Positions 17,908 through 28,072 of a stretch of 64,000 nucleotides of DNA are shown here, in pieces (the first letter of the stretch is position 1; every line of letters starts with the position of its first letter). A program made the position numbers and the translations under genes. Below the pieces are notes generated by a model. That model saw only the letters and a program-made list of their open reading frames with translations. It did not search any database and was not told the origin of the DNA. Source of the stretch: Thermoanaerobaculia bacterium (GTDB lineage: Bacteria > Acidobacteriota > Thermoanaerobaculia > Multivoradales > UBA5704); the NCBI GenBank assembly GCA_044226625.1, contig JBGAGQ010000006.1, positions 1 to 64,000 of the forward strand, read 5' to 3'.

Positions 17908-19499
17908 GCGCGCGACGCGTCGCCTACGTCCTCGCCGGGCTGCTCGCCGCGGCCCTCGGCGCTCCAGCCAAGACCGCGGCGGGGGAGGCCCCGCCTCTCA
18001 CTCCCGAGGAGACGCGCGGCAAACGCCTGTTCCTGACCGGCGAGAGCGGAACGGGCGGCGAGATCTCGGCGGTCCTGGGCCCCGGCGGGCCGGAGACCGC
18101 CGTGCCGGGTACGACGCTCCCGTGCGGCAGCTGTCACGGCCGCGACGGCCGAGGGAGGCCCGAAGGGGGGATCACCCCGTCGAACGTCACCTGGGATTCG
18201 CTGACCAAGCCGTACGGCTCGGGAGCCCTGGTGGGGCGAACCCATCCGGCCTACGACGAAAGGAGCGTCAAGCGGGCGATCACACTCGGCTTCGATCCGG
18301 CCGGCAACGCGCTCAACCCGTCGATGCCGCGCTATCGGATGAGCCAGGCGGACGTCGCCGACCTGATCGCCTATCTGAAGCGCCTGGGCAACGAGCCGGT
18401 CCCCGGCGTCGACAACGCTACGGTGAAGCTCGGCAGCTTGATCTCGGCCGGCGAGTCGGGAGCGGCGGTCCGCGCCGTGCTGGCCGCCGCGGTCGCGGAG
18501 GTGAACGCTCGCGGCGGCCTCTACGGACGGAAACTCGAGCTTGCGACCGAGACGCTCCAGGGCGACGCCGCCGAGCGGATTCGGCTCGCGACGGCCTTTT
18601 TCGACCGCTCTCCGCTGTTCGCCCTCGTGGCGCCCGAGATCTCCGGCGCCCCGGGCTCGGACCGGGAGCTCGCGGACTTGATCGAGGAGCGGGAGATCCC
18701 CGCGGTCGGCGCGCTCAGCCTCGCGCCGCCGAAGACGGCCGACCTCGACCGGCAGACCTTCTATCTCCTCGCGTCCCCGGCCGATCAGGCGCGCGCCCTG
18801 CTCGAAACGCTCGCCAAAGAAAGCGTGCGGCCGGTTTGGGCCCTGGTGGCGTCCGAGGCGCCGGAGATCTCTCCCTCGGCCGGCGGGGTCCTCGCCGAGG
18901 CCGAGGCCCGGGAGTACGCGCCCGCCGCGGTCCGGCGGTATACCCCATCCGACTCGTCCTGGGCCGACGCGACGGCGCGCGAGCTCGCGGCGGGCAAGGC
19001 CGGCGTGGTGATCCATCTCGGGCCGGCGCGCGACGCGGTCCTTCTCGCTCTCGCGCTCGACCGCCTCGGCGTCCGCCCGCGGATCCTCGGGCTCGGCGCC
19101 CTCGCGGACCGGAGCCTCTTCGATCTGCCGCCCCTCCTCGCCGACAACGTCCGGCTCGCTTTTCCCGCGCGTCCGATCGTCCCCTCGGCGCCCGAGGCCG
19201 GCGAATGGCGCGCCTTGGCCGCAAAGCACAAGCTTCCCGCGAGCGAGCTCGGCAGCCAGGCGACGGCGCTCGCGGCGATCAAGCTGCTCGTCGCGGCGCT
19301 CGAAAAGACCGGCCGCGATCTCAGCCGCGACCGCCTGATCGCCACGCTCGAAACCTTCGAGCGGTTCGAAACGGGGATCTCGCCGCCCCTGCGCTTCCGG
19401 CCGGGCAAGCGGATGGGCGCCCGGGGCGCTTATCTCGTGAAGGTCGACCTCGCGAGCCGCGGATTCGCGCCCGAAGGAAGTTGGATCGACCTCGACTGA
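17904..19499 (+). CDS. Monoheme cytochrome c fused to a type I periplasmic-binding domain
   Basis: TTG start overlapping the previous stop; CGSCH heme motif with a distal Met (SMPRY); VNARGGLYGRKLEL typical of LivJ-type binding proteins. Confidence 0.82.
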   Translation: MSARRVAYVLAGLLAAALGAPAKTAAGEAPPLTPEETRGKRLFLTGESGTGGEISAVLGPGGPETAVPGTTLPCGSCHGRDGRGRPEGGITPSNVTWDSLTKPYGSGALVGRTHPAYDERSVKRAITLGFDPAGNALNPSMPRYRMSQADVADLIAYLKRLGNEPVPGVDNATVKLGSLISAGESGAAVRAVLAAAVAEVNARGGLYGRKLELATETLQGDAAERIRLATAFFDRSPLFALVAPEISGAPGSDRELADLIEEREIPAVGALSLAPPKTADLDRQTFYLLASPADQARALLETLAKESVRPVWALVASEAPEISPSAGGVLAEAEAREYAPAAVRRYTPSDSSWADATARELAAGKAGVVIHLGPARDAVLLALALDRLGVRPRILGLGALADRSLFDLPPLLADNVRLAFPARPIVPSAPEAGEWRALAAKHKLPASELGSQATALAAIKLLVAALEKTGRDLSRDRLIATLETFERFETGISPPLRFRPGKRMGARGAYLVKVDLASRGFAPEGSWIDLD

Positions 19500-19531
19500 G
19501 GCCGCGTTCCTCGACCCAGCCGCGGCCTCAG
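19496..19531. terminator. Hairpin between convergent genes
   Basis: 11-bp inverted repeat ctgaggccgcg / cgcggcctcag; no U-tract. Confidence 0.45.
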
Positions 19532-21396
19532 GCGCAGAGATCTCGCGTTTGGGTCGCGGTCCGGTCGAGGATCTCCCGCACTTTCGCCGTCAGGCGGCTC
19601 GCCGCGAAGGGCTTCTCGAGGAAGTCGAGCTCGCCCGCGAGCAGGCCGTGGCGGAAGATCACGTTGTCCGTGTAACCCGAAATGAACAGCACCGGCAGCT
19701 CGCTGTGTCGTTCGCGGATGCGGTCGAGGACCTCTTTGCCCGAGACCCCCGGCATCACGACATCGGAGACCACGAGGTCGAACTCCGCCCCCCGCTCGAT
19801 CGTCTCGAGCGCCGCTTCGCCGCTCTCGACCGGCGTGACGCGGTAGCCGCTCGCCGTGAGGATCCCGGCCGTGGCCTCCCGAAGCTCCGCGTTGTCTTCG
19901 ACCAGCAGGATCTTCTCCCCCACGATCGAGCGGCCGGGACGCCGGGCGGGCTCGACGCCGCCCCGGCTCTCCGGATCGTGCGTCCGCGGCAGATAGACCT
20001 TGAACGACGTCCCCCGGCCGAGCTCGCTGTAGACCGCGATGTGTCCCCCCGCCTGCTTGACGATCCCGTAGGCGGTCGCCAGCCCGAGACCGCTGCCGGA
20101 TCCCGTCTTGGTGGTGAAGAACGGCTCGAAGATTCGGTCCTTGAGCTCGGGGGGGATCCCCGTGCCGGTGTCCGAGATCGCGAGCAGGACGTAGTCGCCG
20201 GCGGCGATCGGGGCGGAGATCTCCAGCAGGCCTCGTTCCAGGACCACGTTGGCGGTCTCGATCAGGACCTTGCCCCCGCGCGGGCTGGCCTCCCGCGCGT
20301 TGACCACCAGATTCAATACGATCTGCTCGACCTCGCCGGGGTCGATCTTGACCGCCCAGGTCTCGGAGTCGAGCGCGGTCTCGAGGTGGAGATCCTCGCC
20401 GACCAGTCCGCGCAGCATGGGTTCGAGCCCTTCGACCACTCCGTTAAGCCGCACCACCTGGGGGCGCACCGGTTGGCGGCGCGAGAAGGCGAGCAGGCGG
20501 CGGATCAGGCTGGAGATCTTCTGCGCCGTCGCGATCACCACGTCCATCCGCCGGGCGAGCGGGCTTTCCGGTTCGGCGTCGAGCTGCACCAGCTCGCACT
20601 GGCTGGTGATCGCGGTGACGAAGTTGTTGATGTCGTGGGCGAGGCCCCCGGCGAGCCGGCCGACGGCCTCCATCTTCTGCGCCTGGAGCAGCTGGGCCTC
20701 GCTCTTGCGCAGCGATTCCTCGGCCATCAGGCGGCGCACCTCGCGGCGCCACAGGCCGACCGCCGCGACGGTGACCGTCACGAGCCAGATCAACAGACAG
20801 GCGAGGAAGAAGCCGCTGGTCCGCTCGTCGTCGCGCTCGATCCGGCGCTCGAGCTCCCCTTCGACGGCGGTCGCCTTGGCGATCGCCTGCTCGAACAGCC
20901 GGTCGTACAAATCGTCGATGCTCGTTCCGACTCCGGTGGGAAGGCCGGTATCCAGGCCGACCAGGCGCTCGCGCGCGAGCCCGCGCAGGCGGTCGATGTC
21001 GCGCAGCATTTCGCGCACGTCACTCCGCAGCCGGCCCTCCTCCAAGGGTTCCAGCTTCTCGCCGAGCCCCGGCAGCCGGCCGCCGTCGAGCAGGCCGGCC
21101 CCGAGGTCGTGGGCCTGGTCGAGACGCTCCCAGATCTTCCGGCGGTCGAGGCCGTCGCCGGTGAGCACCTCTTCGAGCCAGAGGTGCGACGTCGCGAGCG
21201 CCAGGCTGATCTCCCGGGTCGCCCGGATCAGCGCCCGGTCGCGGAGCTTCAAACGCTCGGAGACCGCATAGGCGGCACCCCAGAGCAGCGAAGAGACCAG
21301 GCCAAGGATGACGATCAGGACCGGCAGGCCCAGTCCGCTCCGCGGCCGGTCCGCGGCGGCCGGGTTCTCCAGGCGGGGGAGATTCTCGATCGGCAT
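19528..21396 (-). CDS. Hybrid sensor histidine kinase with receiver domain
   Basis: Two TM segments; H-box GRLAGGLAHDINN, N-box NLVVNAREA, DTGTG, FFTTK..GSGLGL; receiver VEDN...SDVVMP...KPF. Confidence 0.93.
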   Translation of the reverse strand: MPIENLPRLENPAAADRPRSGLGLPVLIVILGLVSSLLWGAAYAVSERLKLRDRALIRATREISLALATSHLWLEEVLTGDGLDRRKIWERLDQAHDLGAGLLDGGRLPGLGEKLEPLEEGRLRSDVREMLRDIDRLRGLARERLVGLDTGLPTGVGTSIDDLYDRLFEQAIAKATAVEGELERRIERDDERTSGFFLACLLIWLVTVTVAAVGLWRREVRRLMAEESLRKSEAQLLQAQKMEAVGRLAGGLAHDINNFVTAITSQCELVQLDAEPESPLARRMDVVIATAQKISSLIRRLLAFSRRQPVRPQVVRLNGVVEGLEPMLRGLVGEDLHLETALDSETWAVKIDPGEVEQIVLNLVVNAREASPRGGKVLIETANVVLERGLLEISAPIAAGDYVLLAISDTGTGIPPELKDRIFEPFFTTKTGSGSGLGLATAYGIVKQAGGHIAVYSELGRGTSFKVYLPRTHDPESRGGVEPARRPGRSIVGEKILLVEDNAELREATAGILTASGYRVTPVESGEAALETIERGAEFDLVVSDVVMPGVSGKEVLDRIRERHSELPVLFISGYTDNVIFRHGLLAGELDFLEKPFAASRLTAKVREILDRTATQTRDLCA

Positions 21397-21403
21397 CGAA
21401 CGT

Positions 21404-22096
21404 CTACGCCTCCGAAGCCGCGCTCCGCGCTCCCCGGAGCACGTAGCCTACCCCTTTGACCGTCTGGAGCAGCCGGTCCGGCCGGTCGCCGTCGATCTTC
21501 TTCCGCAGCCGGTGGATCGTCACATCCACGACGTTGGCGAACGAGTCGAACGAATCGTCCCAGACGTGCTCGGAGATCTCCGTGCGCGACACCACCTGAT
21601 CGCGCCGGGTGAGCAGAAACTCGAGCAGGGCGAACTCCTTGGGCGACAGATCGAGGTCCCGACCGCCGAGCGTCACCCTCCGCCCGGCCCGGTCCATGGC
21701 AAGATCGGCCGCGACCAGCTCGCTCTGGAGCGCCCGCGTCCGCCGCCGCAGCAGGCTGCGCACCCGGGCGAGGAACTCCGCCAGAGAGAACGGCTTCGCC
21801 AGGAAATCGTCCGCCCCGGTATCCAGACCGTCCACCCGGTCGTCCACTCCGCTCCGCGCCGTGAGCATCAAAACGGGCGTCTGATCGCCCGAACCCCGCC
21901 ATCGGCGCAGCAGCTCGATGCCGCTCGGCGCGGGGATCGTCCAATCGAGGACGATCAAGTCATAGGCGTTGATCGACGCCAGCTCCTCCGCCGTCGAGCC
22001 GTCCTCGGCCACGTCCACGGCGTAACACTCCCGCCGCAGAAGCTCCGCAAGCGCCGACGAAAGCGCCGCCTCGTCCTCGACGACCAGAATCCGCAT
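21404..22096 (-). CDS. OmpR/CusR-type response regulator
   Basis: MRILVVEDE, LIVLD, LTAR, GADDFLAKPF, C-terminal wHTH NVVDVTIHRLRKKID...TVKGVGY. Confidence 0.95.
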   Translation of the reverse strand: MRILVVEDEAALSSALAELLRRECYAVDVAEDGSTAEELASINAYDLIVLDWTIPAPSGIELLRRWRGSGDQTPVLMLTARSGVDDRVDGLDTGADDFLAKPFSLAEFLARVRSLLRRRTRALQSELVAADLAMDRAGRRVTLGGRDLDLSPKEFALLEFLLTRRDQVVSRTEISEHVWDDSFDSFANVVDVTIHRLRKKIDGDRPDRLLQTVKGVGYVLRGARSAASEA

Positions 22097-22260
22097 CGCA
22101 AGGAGTTCCCTGTCGTTTCTGCTCCTGAGCTGAGACTATACAAAGGACGTGTGAACCGGTAGACCGATCGGGACAGCCTGCGGAGGAGCGTGACGCCGCT
22201 CGGAAACCGCTAGGTCTCAGGCGGCTGGCGGCGGACCAAGCCCCCGCCCGGGAATCTCTC

Positions 22261-22677
22261 CTATCCCGCCGCGGGCGCCGGCCCGACCCCGAACAGCTCT
22301 TTCACCGACGGCTTGAGCAGAACCAGCAGGGTGAAGACGCCGAGCACCGTGCCGAACGGCATGAAGGCGCACGAAATCGCCGCCATCACCAGACAGAAGG
22401 TGTAGCGCCGATGGCGCGCGAGGGAGCGTCCCGCGAGGACGAGCAGGGCGACGAGCGTCCAGCCGAAAAGGAGGATGACGCTTGCGATCGCGACCATGAC
22501 GCCTCCGACCAGGCGCCCGTTGGGATCCGGTCCGTCGGCTCCCGGGAACCGGCCGCTCAAGAAGGCGAGGCCGATCGTCAGATGGATGAGCGGGATGCAG
22601 GCGAACAGCCCGGCGAATCCGGCGACCACGTAATGGAAGATGGACAGCAGGCGCAGGTGCTCGCGATCGTCGTTCAT
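22261..22677 (-). CDS. Small multi-pass membrane protein
   Basis: SD ggagg; MNDDREHLRLLSIFHYV...PFGTVLGVFTLLVL..PSVKELF. Confidence 0.8.
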   Translation of the reverse strand: MNDDREHLRLLSIFHYVVAGFAGLFACIPLIHLTIGLAFLSGRFPGADGPDPNGRLVGGVMVAIASVILLFGWTLVALLVLAGRSLARHRRYTFCLVMAAISCAFMPFGTVLGVFTLLVLLKPSVKELFGVGPAPAAG

Positions 22678-22706
22678 GGCCGGTCCTCCAAGGTCTGCGC
22701 TACGTC

Positions 22707-23639
22707 CTACGGGCGCCAGGCGTTGCCCGAGGCGGCAAGCAGCGCCAGCGCCTTCAGGGTATTGCCGTAATAGTCGGCCTCGTCGAGGGGAAAGTCGACG
22801 ATCTCGTCCCAGAGTGCCGCGAGCCATTCCGGATGCTCGGGCTCGAGCATCGCCCCCACGGTCGCTGGGGCGAGGAACGCGAGGTCGGAGTAGTCGTTGC
22901 CGGGGAGGTCGCGGCCGTCGAGGCGAAAGCCGGCGCGCAGCGCCGTGGGGTCGCCCCCGGACCGGCCGCGAAGAAAGACGGAGATCTTCCGCACCGCGGT
23001 CCGCCCCCGGGCGTCGCTCGAAAGGAGCGCGTCGAGCCCGAGGCGCCAGGGGTCGCGGCAGGCGTTGTAGAAGTAGGCGCCGTCGTTCGGTCCTTCGAGG
23101 AAGCCGGGGCTCGCCGGCCGGGGGGAGGCCTGGGTCCGCTCGATGAAATCGGGGAGCAGGCCGGTCGCGGGCGAATAGACCGACTGCATCCGTTGGACGA
23201 GGGCATAGACGCGGTTCGCCGCGGTCGCCCAACGGGCGTCGCCGGTCGCCTGCCGGAATGCCTTGAAATGGCCGGGCATGAAGTCGGAGCTGCGCGTCGA
23301 GTTGAAGTGACGCGGCTGATCGGTCGAGACCCAGCTGCCGAGCTGGATCGTCGCGTCGGCCGGATGGAGCTCGACGGCGCGGATCGCGCGGATCACCTTC
23401 TTCGCCTCGGCGAGATAGCGGATCGAGCCGGCGCTCCCCCACTGACGGTCGGCGAGCAGGAGCGCGTAGGCGACGTCCAGATCGCCGTCGGTCGCCGTGT
23501 CGTGCCCGTCCGGGGCGTCCTCGCAGCCGTCCTGCTGTTTCCACGCCATGACGTTCGGGTCGCGATCGCTCGGGTGGTCGCGGAAATAGCGGTAGAGCCC
23601 GTCGAAAATCGTCCGGGCCTCCGGATCGGCCCCGGCGAC
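22707..23639 (-). pseudogene. Glycoside hydrolase family 8, 5'-truncated
   Basis: FDGLYRYF, MAWKQ, ATDGDLDVAYALLLADRQWG, RSSDF, TGLLPDF, YNACRDPWR, YYGNTL. The signal peptide and N-terminal catalytic-acid segment (TVSE..GY) are missing. Confidence 0.85.
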
Positions 23640-24966
23640 CGGCAAGACCCTGGTGATCGACGACCCGGCCGAGCATCCCGATTTCGTCGAGATCTTTCCC
23701 GGCACGCTCTCCGAGCTCTGCGCGCCGATCCGCCATCACGGCGAGGTCGTCGCCGTCCTGAATCTCGAAAGCCCGCGACCCGCCGCCTTCTCCGACCATC
23801 TGCCGCTGGTCGAGGCGATTGCCGATCAAATCTCGGGCGCGATCGCGAACGCCCGGTTATACGAGGCGACCCGCCAGCGCGCACTCCATTTCGAGGTGCT
23901 CACGGAGGTGTCGCGAGCCGCCCTGGGGGGAGCCGATCTCCGTACGATCCTCCATCGGATCGCCACGTACATCCAAAGGCGATTCGATTTCTTCCTGGTC
24001 GACATCGTCGTCGCCGCAGCATCCGAGGAGGCCTGGTCGTACCACGCGGTTGCGACGAGAACCCCGATCGACGTTTCGGACCGGGAGGCCTGGCCGATCT
24101 CCGTCGGCGTCGTCGGACGGGCCACCCGGCTCGGCCGGCCCGAGCTGGTGCAACGGGTCGAAACCGATCCCGACTATCGGGCCGTCTCGGCGGAGGTCAA
24201 AGCCGAGTACGTATCGCCGATCCGTTTCGGCGACCGGACGCTCGGCGCGTTCAATCTCGAGAACGACGACCCGGAGGTGTTCTCGACCGAGAACCTCCGG
24301 CTGCTCGACCTGGTGGCGGACCAGGTGGCGGGGGCGATCGAGATGGCGCTGCTGAACGAGCGGATCTCGGTCACCAAGAGCCAGCTCGAAGAGGCGAACC
24401 GGCATCTGCAGAGCGCCAACCGATCGCTCCAGCAGATGTCGCAGATCGATCCGCTCACGGGGGTCGCGAACCGCCGACGGCTCGAAGAAGCGCTCGACCT
24501 CGAGTGGCGTCGCCTCGGGCGTTCCGGCCAACCCCTCTCGATCCTCCTCTGCGACGTCGATCGCTTCAAGGACTACAACGACAGCCTGGGGCACCTCGCG
24601 GGTGATCGCTGCCTGCAACGGATCGCCGGTCTGCTGCGCGATTCGGTGCAACGGGCGGGAGACCTCGTCGCCCGCTACGGCGGCGAAGAGTTCCTGGTCG
24701 TCCTGTCCGGCACCGACGCGGCCGGCGCGGTCACGCTCGCCGAACAGGCCCGGCGGCAGCTCGCCGCGCTCGAGCTCGAGCATCCCAGCTCGCCGGTGGC
24801 GCCCGTCGTCACGCTCTCGATCGGCGTCGCGAGCATCGTTCCCACGGGTGAGCCGGCGCCGGCCCCGCTGATCGCCACCGCTGATCGCGCGCTCTATCGC
24901 GCGAAACAAGAGGGGCGAAATCGCGTGGTCTCCTCGGACGCCGAAGACCAGCCGAAGAACACCTGA
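23635..24966 (+). pseudogene. GAF-GAF-GGDEF diguanylate cyclase, 5'-truncated (could still initiate at GTG 23653)
   Basis: Begins mid-GAF (ATGKTLVIDD...). Has a second GAF, coiled coil, DPLTGVANRR, I-site RAGD and GGEEF. In-frame TAGs at 23587 and 23593 lie just upstream. Confidence 0.8.
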
Positions 24967-25049
24967 AAAGTACGCTGCCTCGCGGACTTTTCACGAAATC
25001 ATCGCGGCATCTTTTTCCGACGCGCGGCTCCAAAGGAGCCTTTTTCCCC

Positions 25050-25065
25050 TGGTCTTTCTCTTGCA
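25050..25065 (+). promoter_or_regulatory. Possible sigma54 promoter
   Basis: TGGTCTTTCTCTTGCA (GG-N10-GC, TTGCA), 55 bp upstream of the peptidase ATG. Confidence 0.35.
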
Positions 25066-25120
25066 CTTGCGGCCTTCCGGCGGCGTCCGACGAACGGATC
25101 GGACCCCTTCGGAGGAGACC

Positions 25121-28072
25121 ATGCGAAACCGATTCGGACTTTTTGCGTTGGGTCGCGGGCTCCTCGTGGGGGCTCTCGGCTCCATCATTGCGAGCGCGGC
25201 GGCCGCACAGATTCCTGATCCGCAGGAAAGCTCCTTTACCTCTCTCATTCGAACCGACGACCGCGCCACCCCTCGCGAGATATTGGTACCTCTCGCCGAT
25301 CGGCGAATCGACCTCTCCCCCGAGGTCACCCGAGACTGGGGCGCCTTCGAGTCCAACGCGGGAGACGCGGGCTCCTGGGCCGCGTATCTCGACGCCCGCA
25401 ACGGCTTCGTGGAATCCGCCGAAGGCCCCGGCATTCGCTGGTTCGAAGGCAAGACGACCCTTCCCGGCCTCGAGCGCACGGCGCGCTCGTTCCTCGCGGC
25501 ACACCCCGGCCTCTTCGGGACCGACGGCTCGAACCTCCGCCTTTCGCAGGGACGCTCGGGGCCCGCTTCCGACGCGCTGCGGATCGTCGATTTCGACGTG
25601 GTGCGAGGCAACCTGGTGGTCTACGGCGCGCGGGTGGTCTTTCGCATCGGCCACGGCCGACTGATCCAGATGGGGAGCGAGCGGCTCCCCTCGCCTTCGG
25701 CGGTCGTCCCGCCCGTCCGCGTGACGCGCGCGGAGGCCCAGGCGAAGCTCTCGGCCTACGTCGGAAGGCTCGATCCGGTGGTCGATCGTTTCGTCGATCG
25801 CGGCTCCCTCTTCCTCCTGCCGGTTGCGCCTCAGGACGGACGTTTCGCCGAGGGATTTCAGTTCGGTCGGGGATACGACCTCGTGGCCGTTTGGCAGCTG
25901 ATCTTCAGACGTCGTGGCGAACCGGGGACGTGGCGCATCCGGATCGATGCGACGACCGGAGAGATCGTGAGCTTCGAGAACATCGACCTCGACGCGGCCG
26001 CGACCGGCGGGGTCGCGGCCGACTCGAGCGACGGCACGGAGGTCCTTCGTCCGATGCCCTGGACCGACCTCGGCACCGGGCAGGCGACGACCTCCGCGGG
26101 GACCTTCGCCTATCCCGGATCGCCGGTCCTTTCGACGTTCAACGGCCTGTTCGTCGGCGTGGCGGAGACCTGCGGCGGCATTGCCGTCTCGTCCAACGCG
26201 TCGGGCGATCTGCCGTTCGGCACGACCACGGCAGGGAACTGCGCGACACCGGGCTTCGGCGGCGCGGGCAATACGCGAGCGGCCCGAACCAGCTTCTATC
26301 ACGTGAATCGCGGCAAGGAATTCGCCCGCGGCTGGCTGCCGGACAACGCCTGGCTCAACAGCCAGCTGGTGGTTTCGGTCAACAACTCGGGCACGTGCAA
26401 CGGCTTCTGGAACGGCAGCCGAATCCAGCTCTTTGAGGGAGTTCCCGGCTCGTGCGGCGCGAGCGGCGAGGAACCCGGATTCATCCTCCACGAGTTCGGG
26501 CACGGTCTGGATCAGAACGACGGCACGGGGCTGGACAGCGCGACCACCGAGGCGTACGCCGACGTGGTCGCCGCGCTCGCGCTCCACAACTCCTGCGTCG
26601 CCCCGGGTTTCCGCCCCGACCTATGCGACTCGTACGGCGATCCTTGCACCGCCTGCTCGGGTCTCCGCGACCTGGACTGGGCGCGCCACGCCTCGGCGAC
26701 GCCCCACACGGCCGCCAATTACATCCAGACCCACTGCGGAAGCGGCGGAGCGGGAGCCTGCGGCGGCGAGCCGCATTGCGAGGCGGCGGTTCCCTCCGAG
26801 GCGATCTGGGATTTCGCCAACCGCGACATGCCGGCGGCCGGCGGCGCCGAAGCGTGGAACGTACTCGAACGGCTCTGGTTCAAATCTCGGGGCACGGCGA
26901 CCGCCGCGTTCAATTGCACGCCCGGGCCGACCTACACCTCGAACGGCTGCAACGTCGGCTCCTGGTGGAAGACCCTCCGGGCGCTCGACGACGACGATGG
27001 CAACCTGGCGAACGGAACGCCCCATTCCTGTGCCCTCTTCGCCGCTTTCAACCGCCATGGCATCGCCTGCCCGACCGACCCGGGGGCGGACGTCTGCTTC
27101 CGCGCCTGCACTCCGCCGGCGGCGCCCGTGATCGACCTCGCGGACGGCGACCTTTCGACCACCGTATCCTGGCCGAGCTCGGGGCAGAGCGGCGTCGTCT
27201 ACGACGTCTTCCGAAACGAGGTGGGTTGCAACTCGGGTTTCACCAAAGTCGCCAACGATCTCTCCTCCGCTTCGTTCGCGGACGGTGCGGTGGCCGACGT
27301 CGCGACCTACTTCTATCAAGTGGTCGCCCACCCTGCCGGCAACGAGGCCTGTCATTCCGCACCGAGCCCCTGCAAGAGCAACACGAAGAACGCCCAGCTC
27401 ATCCGCCAGAGCGTCCCCACGACGATGACCGCCGGACAGTCCTACTCGGCGTCGGTGACGGTGAGGAACGTCGGCGGAGTTTCCTGGACCACGATCGGAG
27501 CGCGGTGCGGCGCCTATCGCCTGGCCCAAGTGGGCAGCTCCGCTCTGAATCCGATGCGCGTGGATTTCTCCGCCACGGTCGCCTCGGGCGGCGAGGCGAC
27601 GCTCACCTTCCAGGTGACCGCGCCGTCCACGGCGGGCTCCTACTCGTTTCAGCTGCGCATGGTCCACGAATGCGTGGAGTACTTCGGTACCGCCGGGCCC
27701 GCGGTCACGATCCAGGTGAGCGCCGGAGCGAAGCAGGCCCAGGTCGTTTCCCAGACGATTCCCTCGAATCTCTCGGCCGGGCAGCGGTTCAGCGCGACGG
27801 TGACGATCAAGAACGTCGGTACGCAGCCTTGGAGCCCGATCGGTCCGAAATGCAACGCCTTCCGACTGGCGCAGATCGGCGCGGGAGCCTGGAGCCTCGA
27901 TCGCATCGACCTGCCCACGACGCTCGCCCCGGGCGAGCAGGCGACGGTGACGATCGAGGGTACGGCCCCCGCGAGCTCGGGCCAGTACGATTTCCAGATC
28001 GAGATGGTCCACGAATGCACGGAATACTTCGGCGCGCCGGGACCGAAGGTGGCCGTCGCCGTCGGCGCGTAA
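25121..28072 (+). CDS. Secreted Cys-rich zinc metallopeptidase (M36/M4-like) with propeptide, Fn3 and two NBR1-like Ig domains
   Basis: SD ggagg; signal peptide; PepSY-like IDATTGEIV; CNGFWNG; HEFGH with downstream EAYAD; two repeats of VTV(R/K)NVG..W...MVHEC.EYFG. Confidence 0.85.
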   Translation: MRNRFGLFALGRGLLVGALGSIIASAAAAQIPDPQESSFTSLIRTDDRATPREILVPLADRRIDLSPEVTRDWGAFESNAGDAGSWAAYLDARNGFVESAEGPGIRWFEGKTTLPGLERTARSFLAAHPGLFGTDGSNLRLSQGRSGPASDALRIVDFDVVRGNLVVYGARVVFRIGHGRLIQMGSERLPSPSAVVPPVRVTRAEAQAKLSAYVGRLDPVVDRFVDRGSLFLLPVAPQDGRFAEGFQFGRGYDLVAVWQLIFRRRGEPGTWRIRIDATTGEIVSFENIDLDAAATGGVAADSSDGTEVLRPMPWTDLGTGQATTSAGTFAYPGSPVLSTFNGLFVGVAETCGGIAVSSNASGDLPFGTTTAGNCATPGFGGAGNTRAARTSFYHVNRGKEFARGWLPDNAWLNSQLVVSVNNSGTCNGFWNGSRIQLFEGVPGSCGASGEEPGFILHEFGHGLDQNDGTGLDSATTEAYADVVAALALHNSCVAPGFRPDLCDSYGDPCTACSGLRDLDWARHASATPHTAANYIQTHCGSGGAGACGGEPHCEAAVPSEAIWDFANRDMPAAGGAEAWNVLERLWFKSRGTATAAFNCTPGPTYTSNGCNVGSWWKTLRALDDDDGNLANGTPHSCALFAAFNRHGIACPTDPGADVCFRACTPPAAPVIDLADGDLSTTVSWPSSGQSGVVYDVFRNEVGCNSGFTKVANDLSSASFADGAVADVATYFYQVVAHPAGNEACHSAPSPCKSNTKNAQLIRQSVPTTMTAGQSYSASVTVRNVGGVSWTTIGARCGAYRLAQVGSSALNPMRVDFSATVASGGEATLTFQVTAPSTAGSYSFQLRMVHECVEYFGTAGPAVTIQVSAGAKQAQVVSQTIPSNLSAGQRFSATVTIKNVGTQPWSPIGPKCNAFRLAQIGAGAWSLDRIDLPTTLAPGEQATVTIEGTAPASSGQYDFQIEMVHECTEYFGAPGPKVAVAVGA

